From the NCBI GenBank assembly GCA_951406725.2, contig OX597822.1:68696001-68760000 (forward strand): a DNA stretch of 64,000 bases, given 5' to 3'. How positions within the stretch are numbered: the first letter of the stretch is position 1; each line of letters opens with the position of its first letter. Positions 39,370 to 52,010 of this stretch are shown here, in pieces. This DNA is from Octopus vulgaris (Eukaryota). The position numbers were made by a program, and so were the translations under genes. The notes under the pieces were generated by a model, which was not told the origin of the DNA, made no database searches, and saw nothing but the letters and a program-made list of their open reading frames with translations.

Positions 39370-41160
39370 TAACAACATCCTAAGTGTTATCTTCTAATGT
39401 TCCAAACAAGTTTTTATATACTAGACAAACGTAGGATATATAATTTAACGATGCGGAGGTAAAATCAATGTGTTCACATGACATACTTCGCAAGACTCCA
39501 AAACGTCCTCTCAACCTCGCGTCTCAACCAATATGCTACTCTTTATAAGAGTTCAGCTAGTCCATTCTTAAGAGGTGTAAATGACTCTTGCCACATCTCC
39601 CCCTTTGAGATTGACTTCTGTTGGAAGCTAATATTCATCATCATCATCATCATTATCATTTACTATAGGAAACTATTGTATCTGCAACACCATACCTGGT
39701 AAAAAGTTCGCGTAGAAATTCCACTGTTACTCTCTTTTACTCTTTTACTTGTTTCAGTCATTTGACTGCGGCCATGCTGGAGCACCGCCTTTAGTCGAGC
39801 AAATCGACCCGGGACTTATTCTTTGTAAGCCCAGTACTTATCCTATCGGTCTCTTTTGCCGAACCGCTAAGTGACGGGTGGATGTTGGTTTTCTACATTC
39901 ACACATTTCTGTCCATTTAGTAAAGCTATCTACCACTATTAGATAATATGATCAGTTTAACGGTCCTGCGAAGTCTATGTCTAGTCTGGACCATGGAATA
40001 TCGGTCTTGGGCCAAGGTTGAAATTTTACAGGTGGTGATTTCGCTGCAAGAGCACAACTTCTGAAGGATTTTACCAACTTCTCAATATCTAGATCCATGT
40101 TTGGCCAGTAAACATAACTTCTCGTAAGCAACTTCGTCCTAGAAATTCCTGGATGTCCAGCGTGGAATTCCTTTAACAATCGACTTTGTAGTGAGGTAGG
40201 CATTACAATCCTCTGTGCATACATAAGCACATTATCACATATCGAATACAAATTTGAAACCAGCCACAAATATTTTTTTATTTGTTTCTTCTGATCTCAC
40301 TATTTTTTTCATTTTCTTTGATAAACTAATCCAACTCTGCTTTAATTTGTATTTCCTTCAATGTCACAGGCAATTCACGCACAACATTGCACAATATATT
40401 CTTTATTTTATTTTCGACTTTTAACACCGCTATCACTGTATCTTCTAGTGTTTCACTGTATTTTGGTATTAACCTTGACAAACCATCTGCATGTCCCAAT
40501 TTTTTCAATAGCAAATACTCCATCTAGAAGTTGTAATTCAGTAGGATTGTTCCCCAGCGTTGCAATCTGTTGGCTGTATGTGTGGGGATACCCTTTTTTT
40601 GATTCATAGATCGACAATAATGGACAGTGGTCTGTCTGCAATTTATGAAATTTTCTACGGCAACTATGATGGCTAATGCCTCTTTTTCTATTTGACTGTA
40701 ACTTTTTTCAGCCAACAACAATGACTGCGGAGCACCAGCTACAGCTTTCAGGCTACCATCTTCATATTTGTGTAAAATCACAACTCCAATACCACTTTAA
40801 CTAGCATCTACTGCCATTACTATTTTTAAATTCGGGTCAAAATGTGATAATGACACTTCCAACATTAAGATGTTTTTAATTTTTTCAAAACCTTTTTGGC
40901 ATTTGTCTGGCCAGTCTTTTTTTTAACGTCTTTTTTTATAACAAGTTATTCAGGGGTTCTCTTAAATCGTGCATGTTCAGTACGTATACCTGGTAGTAAT
41001 TTGCAAGCCCCCAAAATGCTTATAACATTGTAATGTTTGTCAGGAAAGACATATTTTTAGTGCACTTGCCCTAGACAGGTCTAGTCTGTGTCTATTTTCA
41101 TCAATAATCTGCCTTAGACATTTTATTCTTGATGTAAAAAATTCACACTTTTCCTCACAC
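39370..41160 (-). mobile_element. Decayed Ty3/Gypsy LTR retrotransposon (RT end, RNase H, integrase, PPT, 3' LTR remnant)
   Basis: RNase H ..VDAS..GIG..AEKSYSQIEKEALAII and HADGLSRL. Integrase HAGHPG..SYVYWP..WSRLDIDFAGP..LIVVDSFTKW..LRELF. PPT aaagggggaga (39596-39606) directly precedes TGTGGC. Many stops and frameshifts. A SINE A 3' fragment is inserted at ~39729-39878. Confidence 0.9.
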
Positions 41161-42974
41161 ACACACACAAACACATACAAGCACAAACACAAACACACAC
41201 ATACAAAACATATGCACACACTCTCTAATTTCATACAATCATTGTCTGAATTTATAAAAATATCAAACAAATCTTTCATACCGGGGTACCGCCTTGTGAA
41301 ATTTAAGTCAAATGAATCAACCCCAGTACTTTTTTTTTAAAGCCTGGTACTTATTCTATCAATCTCTTTTGCCAAACTGCTAAGTTATTGGTACATAAGC
41401 AAATCAACACTGCTATCAAGCAGTGGGAGGGGGGGTTTACAAACATAGACACAAAGACACACACACATATATATATATATATATACATATACAACAGGCT
41501 TCTTTCAGTTTCCATCTATCAGATCCACTTACAAAGCTTTGGTCTGCCCAAGGTTATAGTAGAAAACATTTATTTGCCCAAGGTGCCATGCGGTGGGACT
41601 GAACCTGGAACCGTATGGTTAGGAAGCAAGCTTTTTACCACACAGTCACAATGCTAAAATCAAAATGCCAGGTTGAGTTAGAAGATTCAGCTAAAACTTT
41701 TTTTTTTTTAAATGGAAAAGCTGATGTGACATAAAAGCAATTTTCATGGAAAGTAAAATTCCTAAACATGATCACATATGGGTTTTTTTTTTTTTAAGGT
41801 TTAGACCTGCAAAGTATATCCTTGTTCTTTTATCAATGTTCACAGTGATCTGCAAAACTGAACAACTAATATAAAATGTCAGATAGGAAATACGGTAAAA
41901 ATATACATACTCTCATGTATTGGCTTTCAACTTAGTAACACACAAGAGTGGGACAATGACTAACATAAGATATTAACTTGAAATATAGGTGTATGCTATG
42001 TTGTACAATGTTCAAGGCAAGATAAGAGAATTTAAAATTGAAGTGTAATAAGCTAGGATAAGAATCTAGCTTCTCCTTCATCTAGACTTTGACACTCAGT
42101 TTTACTGTAGTGACACCGCTACCAAAAAATGCAAAGAATTTTCATTGGTGAAACTTAAGCCTTGTTATATATCTACTAAATAACTAACTCTCTGATGTTA
42201 AGGAAACTGAAGTAAGTTTATATCCTGATCGTTTGAAAATTATATATAGAATTCCTGAAAGTAGGCAAAAAAAGATCAATTTAGAAAGGAATTTGATTCA
42301 CCACATTAACAGGCTATTGTAAAAGGGTTTACATTTTAAAAGAAACTGACTGTATTTGAAAATAGAGAAGAAAGTTGAATTTAGTGATAGTTTTATTCTG
42401 CTTATATGAAATGAATTTCGGACAAATATTTTTAAAATCATCTGATTATTGTTAAACTGTCCAAATATTTAGAAATAGTTTCTGAAAATTAAAAGTTAAT
42501 TCAATAACACATGAACTAGAATTTTCTTGGCATATAGGAAGGAATCTATAATTTAATCATTATCATTCGTTTTTACATTAGGCATGGCCAAGTGATTTAT
42601 AAGCCTTCTTCCCAACTATGTGATTTCAGATTTAGGCCCACAGCATGGCACCTTGAGCAAGTGTCTTGTACTATAGCCCAAGGCCTTATAGGTCTATTTA
42701 GTATACTGGCTCTTGGTCAGTTATGACAATGAAGGCTCCATTTGATCTGGTCAACAGATCAGCCCTGCTCATCAAATTAATGTACTAGTGGTTGAGCACT
42801 CCACAGACATACATATCCTTAAGGTAGTTCTCAGAGAGATTCAATTTGACACAAAATGTGTGTGCGTGTGTGTGTGTGTACCTTTATCTTGACATCATGT
42901 GATGGCTGTAAGCAATGTTGCTCATTTCTAGTTTTCTGTGAAGAATATGTCAGGCAATGGGAAATATTACCTCG

Positions 42975-43435
42975 TCTGGCTTCCATGCCAGTGGCACATA
43001 AAAAGCACCATTCGAGTGTGGGTTGTTGCCAGTGCTGCCTGACTGGCTCCTGTGCCGGTAGCACATAAAAAGCACCATTCTAACGTGGCCATTGCCAGTG
43101 CTTCCTAACTGGCTCCCATGCCAGTGGAACATAGAAAGCACCATTTAAGCATGGGTTGTTGCCAGTGCTGCCTGACTGGCTCCTGTGCTGGAGCACATAA
43201 AAAGCACCATTCTAACGTAGTCGTTGCTAGTACCACCTTGACTGGCCCTTGTGCCAGTGGCACATAAAAAAGCACCCACTACACTCTCAGAGTGGTTGAT
43301 GTTAGGAAGAGCATCCAGCTGTAGAAACCTTGCCAGATCAGATTGGAGCCTGGTGCAGCCTTCTGGCTTGCCAGTCCTCAAACTGTCCAGCCCATGCCAG
43401 CATGGAAAGCAGACATTAAACGACGACGATGATGA
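42975..43435 (+). repeat. ~66-bp tandem repeat (x4-5) forming the 5' part of a family D element
   Basis: gcacataaaaagcacc units at ~42988, 43056, 43121, 43188 and 43254, leading into the family D body and GAT tail. Confidence 0.85.
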
Positions 43436-44265
43436 TTGGAAACAGGTTGGGGTTGGTGACAGGAAAAGCATCCAGCTGTAGAAAATCTGCTTCTACAAAT
43501 TCTGAGTGACCCATAGTCCATGCTAGTTGAACATGACAATCTGAAGTAGTGTTTTACAGCCTGATGCCCTTTTTGGCGCCAACTCTTGCGAGAAACAGAG
43601 TTATACTAAGGAACACAATGATTTTAATTTACCAAACAAAGGAAAAAAAAAAGCAACACTCTCAGATTTAAAAATGAAAACATACTTTAAAATATTAAAT
43701 AAATTATTCAAAATTGAAGCAAACTATTTGTAAATTTTAGTCATTGAAAAAAGGTGCCATACGGCATCTTAAAGATACTTCAGAGATTATCACTTCAATC
43801 ATCATCACCACCTTCATCATCATCATTTAATGCCCTCCTTTTCCATGCTTACACAGGTCAGATAGAATTTGTTGGGGTAAATTTTCTACAGCCAGATACC
43901 CTTCCTGTTGCCAACATTTACATGCTTCTAAGCAAAGTAAATAATCTTTCCATAACTGGACATATTTGTCATGGAAATCTGGGAAACAAACAACCTCACT
44001 TGTATGTCAATAATGCGTATTTACAACCATCACATGATGTTTAGACAAGGGTAAACACTAACAGACACACACCATTGGAGTGGTTGGTGTTAGGAAGGGC
44101 ATCCAGCTGTAGAAACCATGCCAAATCAGATTGAAACCTGGTGCAGTTCCCCAACTTACCAGTTTTCAGTCAAACTGTCCAACCCATGCCAGCTTGGAAA
44201 ACAGACATTAAATGATGATGGTATACACACACACACACCTATATTATTGTATCGCATTTGACTTT

Positions 44266-44368
<103 letters not shown>

Positions 44369-44828
44369 CACATATATACACACACATTATGTGTGTGTGT
44401 GTGCATGCACGCGAGCTTGTGTATGTATGCACGCACATGTGCATGTGTGAGTGTAAAGCCTCTCTCAGCTTCCTTCACCAAATCCTCTATTCACAAGGAT
44501 TTGGTCAGCTATATTAGAAGACATTTGCCCAAGGTGTTGCACAGTGGGACTGAACCCAAGATCATATGCCCAGGAAGCAAGCATCCCAACCACACAACCA
44601 CGAATGGGCCTTCTTTAACATCCATTTTCCTATCCTGAACATTATATGAATTCTAGGTATATTTTTATACCCGGTTCTCTTTGATACAGTTATCCAGTCA
44701 ACCGTAGCCACAAAATGAAAATGGTACAAGTTGTCAGCAAGATAAAGTAATATACTAGCATCATGTCCTCCTTAAAAACAAATCAACTTTATAATACTAA
44801 ACTACAAGCCAACATTATTATACAAAAC

Positions 44829-45042
44829 AAGGCGGCGAGCTGGAAGAAACGTTAGCACGCTGGGCGAAATGCATAGCCGTATTTCGTCTGCTGTTACGTT
44901 CTGAGTTCAAATTCCGCCGAGGTCGACTTTGCCTTTCATCCTTTCGGGGTCGATAAATTAAGTACCAGTTACACACTGGGGTCGATATCTGTCCTTGTTT
45001 GTCCCCTCTGTGTTTAGTCCCTTGTGGGTAGTAAAGAAATAA
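44829..45042 (+). mobile_element. SINE family B, young, with TSD
   Basis: Flanked by a direct repeat attattatacaaaac on both sides. Confidence 0.85.
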
Positions 45043-47858
45043 TTATTATACAAAACGAAGCCAACATTATTATACTAAACAAAGGTAGTGAGCTGGCAGA
45101 ATCGTTAGCACACTAGGCAAAATGCTTAGTGATATTTTGTCGGCTGCTACGTTCTGAGTTCAAATTCCATTGCGGTTGACTTTGCCTTTCATCCTTTCAG
45201 GGTCAATAAATTAAGTACCAGCGAAACACTGGGGTTGATGTAATCGACTAGGCACCCTCCCTAAAAATTGCAGGCTTTGTGTCTATAGTAGAAAAGATTA
45301 TACTAAGCCAACATTATTACACCAAGGAGGGAAATAGAGAAACAGCAATATGCCAGAGAAAACAGAAAATCAGTCCTATGCTCCCTGCTGAGGAATGTGG
45401 ACTGACCAATGTACTTTCAGGTGTTTGGCCTAGTAATTAGAGTGTTGCACTCACAAATGCAAGATTTTAGTTTCAATTCCCAGACCAGATGGTGTGTTAT
45501 GTTATGTTATTGAGCAAAACACATTATTTCACACTGCTCCAGCCCACACAGCTGCAAATGAGTGGCCCTGCAATAAACTGGTGTCCCTGTCAATAAACTG
45601 GTGATCTCAGTCGCTTAGTCACCATGGAGACTGGGCAACAAGCCCTACGAGATAAAGGACTCGGCACAGAGATGTCCAGTACTTGATGATGATGATGATG
45701 GTGATGATGGTGATGATGATGGTGATGATTGAGCTAGAATTCATTCAAATAACAAAACTCTCCACCCTGCCCACCCCCGCCCCTACACAATGATCACCAG
45801 GTGTTAAAACTAGGCAGCATTAGTAAACTTTTATCTTCTACATGTTTCAGCCACTGGACCGTGGCCATGCTGGGTCACCACCTTGAAGATTTGTTTTTTA
45901 GTTAAATGAATTGACCCCAGTATATATATATATATTTTTTTTTTTTGTCTTTTTAAACCTGGTACTTATTCTATCAGTCTCTTTTGCCTAACTGCTAAGT
46001 TGCAGGGACGTAAACACAACAACACCAGTTGTCAAGTGATGCTGGATGATAAACACAGACACAAAGTCACACACACACACACACACACACCACACACACA
46101 GAGAATTATATACAATGGGCTTCTTTCAGTTTCTGTCTACCAAATCACTCATAAGTCTTTAGTCACCAGTCACCTGAGGGTACAGCAAAAGAAACTTGCC
46201 AAAGATGCCACACAGTGAGACTGAACCCAGAACCATGTGGTTGGGAAGCAAGCTTCTTATTACATAGCTATGCCTGCATCTACTTAGAGGAGAATAACTA
46301 AATTTGACCAAATATTTTTAAATAATTCAGTTACATTCCTTTTTTTCCTTTATTCTAGAAGAATTTTTCTCACGTTGATAAAAAGAAACAGAGAACCGTA
46401 ATCCTTATTAGACACCAAGAAGTTGAAGATAGAAGTGACATCAAAGCAAAGCAAGATTCCAGCAGAACTCCTTCTTAACCAACCAGATGCCAATCAATAA
46501 TGATGAACTATTTTCAATTAAACACATATCTACAGAATTACAAGTACCAAAGGAAGGAAACGATATCTCCAAAACAAAAAAAAAAAAAAACATGAGGAAA
46601 ATTTAAAATAAATATAAAAAATATTTAGATCTAAAGTTATTCACATGTAAGAAAAATCAAATAAAATAAAAGAGAATATTAACAGGTCGAAAAGCTTGTA
46701 TTATGGGGGTGTAATTTATGAAGCTGAAATATTAGTTAATATATATATATAATTAGATATTTTTTAACAACTAAAAGATAGCAATAATAAGAAAATAAAT
46801 TAAATTACAACTTACTTTTTCATCATGCATGAGATTTTTGCTGAGAAAAACAGACATTTTTTCAAATTTTTTTTTTTTTTAATATCTGGTATCACTGGAG
46901 AAAGTAACTAAGACCAGTTTGGGTAGAAACAGATTATCACTGATGACTCCGAAAGTTGGCAAAAAGCAAACAGCTAGAAGTCTATGGGATGAGGTTCCGC
47001 TGCCAACTGTTATGGCAACAGACCAAAACTGCTGTGGTTGGCCGCACTAACACAACCACATCAACTGGCATCAATGAATGGCAGGCTGTCTATAATCTCA
47101 GTTGGAAGAATATATTTTTGAAAGTTTCTAACACTCAATCTCTTTTTGAATCACTCATAGCACCAAAATAAAATATTGCAATAAAAAGTCTATACACCAG
47201 TAAAGATTTAGGAAACAATAATGAAATAACTTTAAAAGAAAGAATATTTTACTTTAGAGAATCTTTAGTTTGCAGTGGTTTATATCAGGGCTGTGGAGTC
47301 GAAACAAAAAACTTTGACTCTTACTTTGACTCCGACTCCTGTACTATTGGCACCTCTGACTCTGATTCCGACTCCGACACCTCTTTATGTAATTAAGTGA
47401 TTGTGGTCTACATATCTAATAAAATATATACATACACTTGTACTTTTGAGTACACCTATATGTTATAGCTGGTTTATATTAAAGAATAAAGATATTGTGA
47501 GTTGGAGTCAGAATCGGTATAGTTTTACCGACTCCGACTCTAGCTACCCACTAATTGTTTCCAACTCTGACTCCATTGGTTTGTATGATACACAAGTGAC
47601 CATTTCATTCTTACAGAGTAAATATTATTCACAACAAGTGTCTTATTTTACCAAAAAATTCTAAGGGTTTTCCCTGTTAGAAATCTTTTAACCCCTATCT
47701 ACAACAATAGGAAATGAAAAGGGGGAAAACTGAAAGGAAAGTATATTCGAATTTTGCAAACGAACATGTCTTCAGAATATACAGAGTCAGAAATAAGTAA
47801 TGAATTTCAAAGAAACAAAGTATCAAAGAGACTTGTAATGAAATATGAATACCAAAAG

Positions 47859-47895
<37 letters not shown>

Positions 47896-48122
47896 TAATA
47901 ATAATAACAATAATAATAATAATAATTTTGCTAGATTAGCACTGCATAAGTTGTTGCGTGTGTGGAAAGCAAGACTGGCAGAACAAATATTAGAGTGATA
48001 AAAGATTAATTATATCCCCCACCCCCAACACTACACCCACTCCCAATAATGTAATTTGTTAATAACAAACAGAAACAATGTCTCTTCGGTCATGAATAAG
48101 GTGTCTCTCTCTCTCTCTATGT

Positions 48123-48158
<36 letters not shown>

Positions 48159-48168
48159 GCATGTATGT

Positions 48169-48203
<35 letters not shown>

Positions 48204-48279
48204 AAATGTTTAAAAGGATTTCACTATAATGCAACACCATCTCAAAGGGAATAGGTGTGAGTAGCTGTAAATGTGTATG

Positions 48280-48319
<40 letters not shown>

Positions 48320-49357
48320 GTGTGTGTAGAGAGAGAGAGAGACAGAGAGAGAGAGAGACCAGACAGACAGAAAGAGAGTGTGTGTGTGTGTGTGTCTTAA
48401 GTGTATTTGTACACACGTGTGTATGTGTACATGTGTGAGTGTGCACGGATGTATCTGAATGTAGCAGCCTCTGTATGTGTGTGTCTATGCATGTGAATGT
48501 GTATGTATGTATATGAACGTAGCAGTGTGTGTGTGTGTGTGTGCGTGTATGTGTGTGTGTGCACGTGTATGTGTGTGTGTGTGTGTGTGTTGCTGAGTAA
48601 GACAGTTGATGAACAACTGGCATAGGTGCCATAAGTTCAGAACCAAATAAAATGATACAGTAACCCATAGACAGCATACACATATCTATTACTTTCTTTA
48701 CCCTAGCACTGAAAATAAGGCACCATTTCACACCAGTTCCCTATGTGCTTCAGCAGATTCTTCCTTTACTAACATCAGCAGAATGGTTTACAAATTATAG
48801 TAGTAGAAAAATGAATAAAAACATAAGATTCAAACTCATGTATTGTGAGTTCAAATCTGCTATAGTTATATTTTGGGGGACTTTTGAGGGAGACACTAAA
48901 CTCATGTTTCAATTTACTCTATTGAGAATAATCAGCTGCATGTATGTATATATCTAATATATTTGTGTCTTTGTGTCTCTGTTTATTCCATCACCCCCTT
49001 ATCACTGCTTGACAACCAAAGTTGATGTGTCTACATCCCTGTAACTTAGCAGTTCAGCAAAACAGACTAACAGAATAAGTACTAGGCTTAAAAAATAAGC
49101 CCTGGGATCGATTTGTTTGACTAAAATCCTTCAAGGTGGTGCTCCAGCATGGCTGCAGTGAAATGAATGAAACAAGTCAAAGAATAAAAGGACTTTGGTC
49201 GACCCAGGGCTATAGTAAAAGACACTTGCCCACCGTGCCATGCAGTGGGACTGAATCCAGAACATGTGGTTAGGATACAAGCTTCTTACCAAACAGCCAC
49301 GCCTGTGCCTGCAGACAACCTTACTTGTTCCCAACCAAAGCCTTATATTATTATCTC

Positions 49358-49573
49358 TTTCTCTTTTATCTCTTTTACTTGTTTCAGTCATTTGACTGTG
49401 GCCATGCTGGAGCACTGCCTTTTAGTCGAGGAAATCGACCCCAGGACTTATTCTTTGTAAGCCTAGTACTTATTCTATCGGTCATTTTTACCGAACTGCT
49501 AAGTTACGGGGATGTAAACACACCAGCATCGGTTGTCAAGCGATGTTGGGGGGACAAACACACACACACAAAC

Positions 49574-49604
<31 letters not shown>

Positions 49605-49770
49605 CGTATATACAACGGGCTTCTTTCGGTTTCCGTCTACCAAATCCACTCACAAGGCTTTGGTAGGCCAGAGGCTATAGTAGAAGACACTTGCCCAAGG
49701 TGCCACGCAGTGGGACTGAACCCGGAACCATGTGGTTGGTAAGCAAACTACTTACCACACAGCCACTCCT
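49358..49770 (-). mobile_element. SINE family A, full length
   Basis: Reverse complement of family A including the central (TA)n. Confidence 0.9.
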
Positions 49771-49915
49771 GAATTTAAACGGAAATCATAACTTGCATCC
49801 ACACTCACAAGCGAATGTGGCTTGTTAGCATGCAAAATCAGAGAGTGTATGTTGCTTGGAATTATATATATTACGAACAGAAGTGAGCTACTGCAATCTC
49901 TAGCAGACGAGGTGT

Positions 49916-49965
49916 CCAGTACTGAAGAGAGGCAGAAACGGCCCGAAATCAGGTTGGTCCACTGG
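49916..49965 (+). ncRNA. Type I hammerhead ribozyme, unit 1
   Basis: CCAGTa-CTGAAGA-gaggc-agaaacg-gccc-GAAA-tcaggttgGTC-cACTGG. Predicted cleavage after C49959. Confidence 0.8.
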
Positions 49966-50276
49966 TCCCATCACTAGAAGGTGGTAGGGGTCCGCTCCCC
50001 TGCTTGCAATATCTCGGATGCAGTTGTGCATCGTTAACCAGCTAGAGGAGATGTCCTCTTGGGGTAAGAAATTTGCAGTAAAGTGCGTTCAAAAGGATAG
50101 CCATTTTGAAGTGCCAATGAACATTACTTGTTAGCACAACTACTGCGTTGATCTCTCTTAGAGAACTTTTAGAACTAGCATTTTTGCTTGTTGCAAAATC
50201 AGTGACTGTATGTTGCTTGAAATTACATAAATTGCAAGCAGAAGTGAGCTACTGCCATTTCTCGCAGACGAGGTGT

Positions 50277-50326
50277 CCAATACTGAAGAGAGGCAGAAAT
50301 AGCCTGAAACCAGGCTGGTCTGCTTA
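50277..50326 (+). ncRNA. Type I hammerhead ribozyme, unit 2
   Basis: ccaata-CTGAAGA-gaggc-agaaata-gcct-GAAA-CCA-ggc-TGG-TC. Stem III is intact and stem I has decayed. Predicted cleavage after C50320. Confidence 0.75.
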
Positions 50327-50614
50327 TCCCGTTGCTAGAAGGTGATAGGGGTTCACTCCTCTGCCTGCAATATTTTGGATGCAGCTGTGCATCACTAACC
50401 TGCTAGAGGAGATACCCTTTTGGGGTTAAAAAATCACAGCAAAGACAATTCAAACGGACAGCCATGTTTGAAGTGGTTATGAATATTACTTGAAATACAG
50501 TGTCCCTACCCGTAATTAATATGTACATACCAATGTGCCATTTAAACCAGCCATATCCAGCCAAAATATTCTACCCATTTTATGCTCCAACTCATCAGAT
50601 CTGGTCTCTCACAC

Positions 50615-50900
50615 TGTTGTGAGTAGAATCACGACACCCCCTTGCGAGAAATAGACTGGACCAAGCAATTATAAACAGTAGTTGTTGGAGTGAAGTTTGT
50701 GTGTTAGTTTGAGTCGAGTTTGCAGTGAGATCAGAAGGTGTTAGTTGGCTAGTTCATTCGGAATATTAATTGTTGGTTCGTGAAGAGATTATTGGATTGT
50801 TACATTGTTATTACGGCTGTTTCATTATTTTGTTTACTGTTACAGCACTGGTACTGTGTATCTAAACCATCCTTCACAATATTGTGGCAGTACCACAACA
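50615..50900 (+). mobile_element. LTR (TG...CA) inserted into a piggyBac-type MITE (~50541-51066)
   Basis: Terminal 7-bp inverted repeat TGTTGTG/CACAACA, followed by tTGGagatgg (PBS-like). The host MITE sequence resumes at ccctacaat. Confidence 0.65.
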
Positions 50901-51840
50901 TTGGAGATGGAGAAAAAAACACACAAGAACCCTACAATATCATACTAAAATCTAACAGTTACTTCATCAAAATCATAAAGCTATGAGATAATGAATGATT
51001 AATTCAAAATGGTGTGAATAAATAAGCATTACTTTTGACAGAGTGCCCTGAACATTGAAGGGTTAATATGTAAAATTTGTATATCCAGTTGTGTTACATC
51101 AGTAAATTTGGTGGCTATTTAAGCAATGTGTTTGCGGATGGTTAATAGGTTGAATGTGGCACTGAAGAAAGAGCAAGAATTACTGAAATAAGCATATACA
51201 CTCATTACTTATTTCTCTATCTTTGACAACACTGATTATATAAGACTTAGTCATGTTCAAAACATTACAGTGCTGACTCTAATTTGTATAGTAAAATCTG
51301 TAGAGATAACTTTAAAAAGTGATCGAATTGCACTGCTAACACAAGTAGGACATGGGTAATGACTAACAAACCTTTAATATACTTGGTAGTAATATTACGG
51401 TTGCATAATTAAGTTGGAGGCGTGTGGCTAAGTGGTTAGGGCTGTTGGATTCATGATCATAAAATTGTGGTTTTGATTTTTGAACCAGGCAATGCATTAT
51501 GTTCTTGAGCAAAACACTTCATTTCATGTTGCTCCAGTCCACTCAGCTGGCAAACATGAGTAATCCTGCAATGGACCGGCATCCCATCCAGGTGGGGAAT
51601 ATATATGCCATGGAAACCAGGAAACTGGTCCTTATGAGTTGGAAGTGATTTGAGAAGGTAACCATTACTTTACCAGCAGTTAACAGGTTTTTATTGTTTT
51701 ACAAATGTAGGTAGACATGAGCAGACATAATCACCCTCTCAACCATCCTTCCCGTTAACCAAGCAGAACATCCAGGAAACAACAGCTGGAGGAAGTGCTG
51801 CACCACTTAACTAACACTCTTTCAGCTGAGTATACTAGAG

Positions 51841-52010
51841 CAATACTCCACAACCAGCATGCTGTGGCACACAGGTGTACAAAATGATGCTAGGTGTGCC
51901 ACAGTGTAACCGGAATATGATTTTTTCCCAATACTTTTAGTTCAGGTGTGCCGCCAAATTTTGTGAAGAATATAAGTGTATTGCAAGTGATAAAAAGTTG
52001 CAGAGCACTG
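51841..52010. mobile_element. hAT MITE inserted in a CORE-like SINE
   Basis: Degenerate TIR caatactccacaac / gttgcagagcactg and 8-bp TSD tactagag/taccagag. Confidence 0.7.

Larger units (their letters stand above)
49821..50492 (+). mobile_element. Retrozyme-like tandem dimer (~361-362-bp unit) with one HHR per unit
   Basis: Direct repeat with period 361-362 (e.g. acttg ending at 50130 and 50492). Non-coding, with an HHR at the equivalent position in each unit. Confidence 0.75.

Noticed and set aside
42975-43280. CRISPR-like repeat/spacer pattern
   Set aside because: The apparent spacers are homologous to each other, the context is eukaryotic and there are no cas genes. It is a minisatellite.
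46938-46990. CTGATGA-ctcc-GAAA hammerhead-like string
   Set aside because: There is no room for stem II, and no convincing stems I or III.
48590-48720. Possible minus-strand splice acceptor (cttattttcag) and exon
   Set aside because: No recognisable coding content or matching donor, and it runs into microsatellite. Unsupported without RNA data.
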